From Aplysia californica (lineage: Eukaryota), in contig NW_004797643.1 in the NCBI RefSeq assembly GCF_000002075.1, positions 33,085 through 97,084 on the forward strand: DNA of 64,000 bases. Reading direction: 5' to 3'. Below, in pieces: positions 58,894 through 64,000 of this stretch; within the stretch, counting starts at the first letter, position 1; each line of letters begins with the position of its first letter. The position numbers and the translations under genes are program-made. Under the pieces are notes generated by a model. The model had not been told where the DNA came from and made no database searches. It was given only the letters and a program-made list of their open reading frames with translations.

Positions 58894-60664
58894 CTGAGGA
58901 AAATGAAAAGACATCATTTTACTTAGTACCAGTTCACCTAATGCAGCAAGGACTGGGATGCGATGTATGAATCATTTTTGTTGTGCTTGACTTAAAGTTT
59001 ACTCTGATACAAAAATAGGCCGGGATGCATCAAATCTTCATTCCTTTCTGAATATTTTGGTTGGTAATACATTCTTTTAGCTTGAAATCTATCTTTTCAA
59101 TACTGAAAATGCCAACATTTACTATTTTAAAACTAAGCTTGCTGCAATAAATCAGAAAATAGGCTTAATACTTGTAAGAATTAATCAAAAGAAATACACC
59201 TGCAACTAGATACTTAACACTAAATTTTCACATAGATCATCTTCATTTTAAGTGAAAATGTTATCTTTGTATCAAAAAAACTTTTTAATTTTTATTCTGA
59301 GAAAATAATTCTGATACCAAATCTAATGCAACAGGATAACATTTAAGAAGAGAATGTTAAAAATATTTGACATTGCATTTTTGAGCACAATGTGCAAATA
59401 TTTTTTAAAAACCCACCATTTCTAGAGACAACCCACAAATAAACAAACTTTGCAAGCCCAACCAAACTTCTTCAGCCAAGAGATACTTGTGCATAGACTG
59501 TAGAAAATGACCCAGACACCGAGTTCACACATTTGATAAAAGAATAAGAGGATGCAAAAACATCAAAATATTGAAAATGTTATCAATTTGAAAATGTAAA
59601 GAAAATTCACCAGTGTGATTAATAGATACACATTCATCAAATTAAAGATAAAGAACACTTTCGCATGAAATGAGAAATTATCATAATTAATATCAATGTT
59701 GTTTGGTTTCAAACGAGAGGCATTTCTTTTCTTCTGAGCAATACTTGACATGCTCCAACCACTTGGAATAAAACAGTCTTTCAAAAAAAATTATTATTCA
59801 GTCATTCAGACGCATTTGGCATAGAGGCAAATAAATAAGCTACCAGCAAGACGTTTTTCATTTGGCTCAAATGGTATAGATTATTAAGTCAAAATTTTAA
59901 TGATTATCATTAACAACATTAAGAGAAAAATTTAAAAATTATAAGGCAGAGATCAGAGAGAGTTACAACTTTAAACTATGTATCCACTTATTAAATACAA
60001 TTAAGTATCAAATGGAACAAACAGATGATAGAAAGAATTAAAATACCAAGTTCAAATTTTTTTTTTTGAGTTCAGAGAATGAAAGAATCAGAGCAGATAA
60101 ATTTTTAAATGGCAAACTTATAAGCAACTCTTGTCTCTATCTGTACTCTATGTTTGTTGAGATGTTACTTTTTATCCAACTCTAAAGAAACTGTATACGC
60201 AGTAGCTACATTCATGGCGCCCTGAATGTATTTAGTTTGCAATTTAATTTAAGAATGATTTTGCTCACTTCACCCCCTACCCTTTTACTACTTCTTTTTT
60301 TCATCCCTTCCCACCCCTCTTCCCGCGTTGGCCTTCTTCCATTCTCCCTTGTGTCTTCTTTTATTTTTAAATTGTCAAGCGTTGCTAGGTCCGCACATGG
60401 GAAAAGGATCAAAGTTAAGTGCTGCGCACTGAGCGAGCGAGGCCAAGTTGACCGAGGCTGTTTTGTTGTGCTCGCCTTCGCTCTCCATAAACCGGTAACT
60501 TGTTTATACCGGAATCTCCAGAAATCACCCAATACCTCCTCAAAATTTCTATGATATGTCATTTGCTATGCTATCTATTACTCTGGATAAAATATTGATC
60601 TGCTATACAATTTTATTGTATTTGAAAACTTCTTGATTCTAAATAAATTATTTTTAAAAGCCCC

Positions 60665-61055
60665 ACAAAAATGGAAATAATATTGTCTTAAAACTCAACA
60701 TCCACTCAGTGGAAATCACTCAAGCTGGTTGAGCTTGAGCATAAAATCCACGCACTCGTTCAAGCGCAATACAGGGACATGCAGAGAGCCTTTTGTGGAT
60801 TGGAAGAGTGTGACCTGTGCGATGAGTTCAAACATTCTAGAGTCCAGAGGGATGTCTGGTTCCAATTTTCAGATCAGCACCGGAAGAAACATCTGGCAAA
60901 ATTCTTGAAGCAATATAAAGATGCTGGACTTGTTCGTTCCACAACAGGTGGACAGGGTGTAGTAAGAATCCCAAAGGCAAAGAGTAAGAAGCCAGGGCAA
61001 GTAAAACGAAAAAGGACAGCCAGAACACATACACCATCCAAGAAACTGAAGCTGG
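60665..61055 (+). mobile_element. C-terminal remnant of a probable MULE-type transposase
   Basis: LVQAQYRDMQRAFCG...VWFQFSDQHRKKHLAKF...VRSTTG...KKPGQVKRKRTART; isolated fragment with no intact start. Confidence 0.45.
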
Positions 61056-61099
61056 AGAGAGAGCGAGAGAGAGCGAGAGAGAGCGAGAGAGAGAGAGAG

Positions 61100-61930
61100 A
61101 TTCAAGATTCAAAATGATTTATTGATTTGAAAGGCCTTGGGCCCATACATCCACATATTTTAACATATGGTTCGGCAATTACATACATTGGTGCAGCACA
61201 TTGGATGTTTAACATAAATTGGACATGCACGCCCACATACACGCATGCACGCACGCACGCACACTCACGTGACGCACGCACATACACACNNNNNNNNNNN
61301 NNNNNNNNNNNNNNNNNNNNNNNNNNNNNNNNNNNNNNNNNNNNNNNNNNNNNNNNNNNNNNNNNNNNNNNNNNNNNNNNNNNNNNNNNNNNNNNNNNNN
61401 NNNNNNNNNNNNNNNNNNNNNNNNNNNNNNNNNNNNNNNNNNNNNNNNNNNNNNNACTTCCACACAGTGCTATGAATGAGGCAGCGAGAGAAATCGGGAC
61501 ATGTTTCACTCTGAGAAGTGAATACCATTATCTTTTTCATACATACATTACATATAAAATAGTACCCATTACAGTAGATACAGAGTTACATATATGCGAG
61601 TGAATACCTTTTCCCTAGGACAGACGTGTCCGTATAACAACATAATTTAGGAATGAGATTAACTTTTTACAATGGACTTCATCTGAACAGACTAATATGC
61701 CATTGAGCTTAGACATTGGCCCTTCGGGTGTCTGAAGTCTGACGCACTCTGGTAAAAGCTGCTCTCGTATTTCATTATATCGTGAACGTCTGAACAATAC
61801 ATGGAATTCATTTTCTACATACTTTTCATCACACTGGAGGCAACGATAACTGTCGACAATCCCCAACCGGAACAGATTATTTTTCAACGACAAACTGAAA
61901 GTTCTGAGTAATGCAAGGATCCTTCTACCT
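61100..61930 (-). mobile_element. 5'-truncated LINE 3' end
   Basis: RCLQCDEKYVENEFHVLF..SRYNEIREQLLP is a decayed CCHC C-terminus; minus-strand AATAAA followed by a TTGAATCTTGAA tail at 61100-61125. Confidence 0.7.
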
Positions 61931-64000
61931 CTTGCAGAGATGGTGAATAGAGAGAGAGAGAGAGAGGTAATGCAAGGTACTTCCTCATTTTGAAGTGATA
62001 TTATTTAATAAGTTAACATTTGCTGCCCTCACTCTTTACCATTGTTGCTCATGCAGTTTTTTTGTTGGTTTTTATTTTAGCTCCCCAGACCCCCTATTTT
62101 CTAGGTTTATTTTTAGCTGCATGGAAATGAGTATTGCTTCACAATAGGCTGTCTTTGCTTTTTATAACCTGAGGTTTGGTCCCAGAAGTTTAAGAAATTA
62201 ATGTAGTTTGACGGTTACAAATATTACGTGAGTGACCGCTTTGTTTTTTTATTGACAAGTATTGTTTCTTATAATCTGTCCTCAGAGAAATTCGCGCCCG
62301 CAACCCGCAAGTTGCGCGCGCAACTTTTGCCCTCAGCGCAACTTTTGCCATTTTCGTTAATTCGAGAATGTTAGCCAATTTTCAGCAAAAGTTGGAAAAA
62401 TTATAAAAAAATTTCTTTAAAAATTAAAAACACCTAAACTTTCTTCCAAGACTAAAAATAATGACACCAAGGGGGATAATTCGCTCCTTTGCACTATGCG
62501 GTGCCCATCCAGTGCCCACCCATTATGGATGGGATCGGGACCTAATCGGGACAAGTCAGGTCGGGTCGAGATGATCGCCCGACTTGTCGTCTGAAAACAA
62601 TCTGTTTGTTTTTTAAGGGAACGAGTCGGGTGTGATCAACTTGTGAGTCACGATAGCCGTTTTGCGTCATCAATCTGGCGGGCAAACCGACCCGACTCGA
62701 CCCCCCCCAATAGTCCTGTTTGGATTGAATCATCTTCCAGCTAGATTTAGATTTAGATCTAGTCTAGATCTAGATTAAATCAATCTAAACACGATCGTCT
62801 GATTACTTACCTTGCGTAGTTCCATAGCACTTTGTAGATAGATCCAGTATAAAAATTTGTGAAAGACTTTAAATCTTAGGCTAGGAGCTAGGAGGGTAGA
62901 TCTAGGCATGGATCAATTCATCCAGAAAACCCCTAATGACAAGTAGATCTAGTCTAATTTTGATTTACACCGGAGCGGTTAAAGTGGTAAAATGACCATT
63001 GTACCATAATAATTAAGGGGGGGGGGGGGGCGCTACACCCCCCAAAGTCAAAATTCGGCTCAAAATTATGGAATTTGAGTTGTAGGCAATTTTAGCTTCC
63101 TCAGCCTCTCCTACAACTATTTCATCACATAAGAACCCCCCAAAACCGTATTTTCTCCCATACCGGGAATGTTTGTCACCGCCATTTCCTCATAAAGTCA
63201 GTATTTTTTTTTTCTTTATCGGCCGTTTTCTCAAAACGCGACTTTTCTCTATACTTTTTTGAATAACTCCACTATTTTTCATCCAATCTTCATGAAATTT
63301 TCAAAGAATGAAGAGAAGATATAATACTAAAAATTTGTCTGTTGAATTTTTGATATATGGAATAGATTTTTGTTGGTGGTGTCTGGAGTGTGGATTTTTA
63401 CATATTTTTTTTAGCTATACACGTTTTGCAACTTTTCTTGCAACTTTTGCAAATTTTTCTTGCAACTGTTTGCAACTTTTGCTATTTTCAAAAGCAACTT
63501 TCTCTGAGGACAGTATAATAAATTAAATTGCATTGGCTTCCTTTGAAATATTCTGGCTAAGTTTGATCTCAATTTCAGCTGCTAGGCTTTTGAAACAGAG
63601 TCCCCATAACATATTTAGAAAATTTCCGTTATTAGAATGTATTATTATTAGTACAGTTGTGTGAGAAAATTGACATTAGGAATGAAAATGGGAATTCCAA
63701 CTATTTCAGTGCACTTGGCTTCTTATTTCGTTCCTCTTTAAATTTTTTCCCCCTTAAAATTCACAGAAAACTTCAGAGTTCTTAAGAGAAATCAAGAAAG
63801 TTTTTATCTTAGCATCTAAGGTGTTTTATGAAGAGTTATCTTTGGTGACACTTAAAATCTGTCGCCTGGTTCTTGGCTCTTTTTATTAGAGAAAATGATG
63901 GTTTGTGAAATCTTTGCTCAACTTCATTCTTTATTTTGTTTTAACTGATAAGCGACTGCTCAGGTTGTAATTAATAGCCTGTACTTCTTAGAATTTTAAT

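Noticed and set aside
59563-62830. Candidate first exon of the SMIM13-like gene (minus-strand donors at 59610 and ~62810)
   Set aside because: The open frames end in phase 0 while the last exon needs phase 1. The 62810 candidate also lacks a transmembrane segment.

Overview
Eukaryotic (animal) genomic DNA with N gaps. It is AT-rich and dense in SINEs, MITEs and microsatellites; an invertebrate, probably a mollusc, is inferred from the gene and repeat style only. Four host genes are supported. (1) The 2.9-kb terminal coding exon of a CAS/p130Cas (BCAR1/NEDD9-family) gene, + strand, 134-3070. (2) An intronless WDR76/CMR1-like ORF, +, 16028-18100, behind a CpG-, E2F- and YY1-rich promoter. (3) A ZFAT-like multi-C2H2 zinc-finger gene, +, with 23 phase-checked coding exons between 29398 and 52959; at least one more exon is lost in the 36396-37291 gap. 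(4) The last coding exon of a SMIM13-like microprotein gene, - strand, 58745-58893, which the ORF track misses. The remainder is degenerate hAT and MULE transposase relics, RTE and other LINE fragments, about ten copies of one tRNA-derived SINE, and Tc1/pogo-, Kolobok- and Mutator-type MITEs. Most notable observations: a possible shared promoter with WDR76 nested in the first intron of ZFAT; a CAS-SMIM13 tail-to-tail arrangement matching human NEDD9-SMIM13; repeated local copies of ZFAT exon boundaries; and a probable transposon excision footprint within a tandem duplication.
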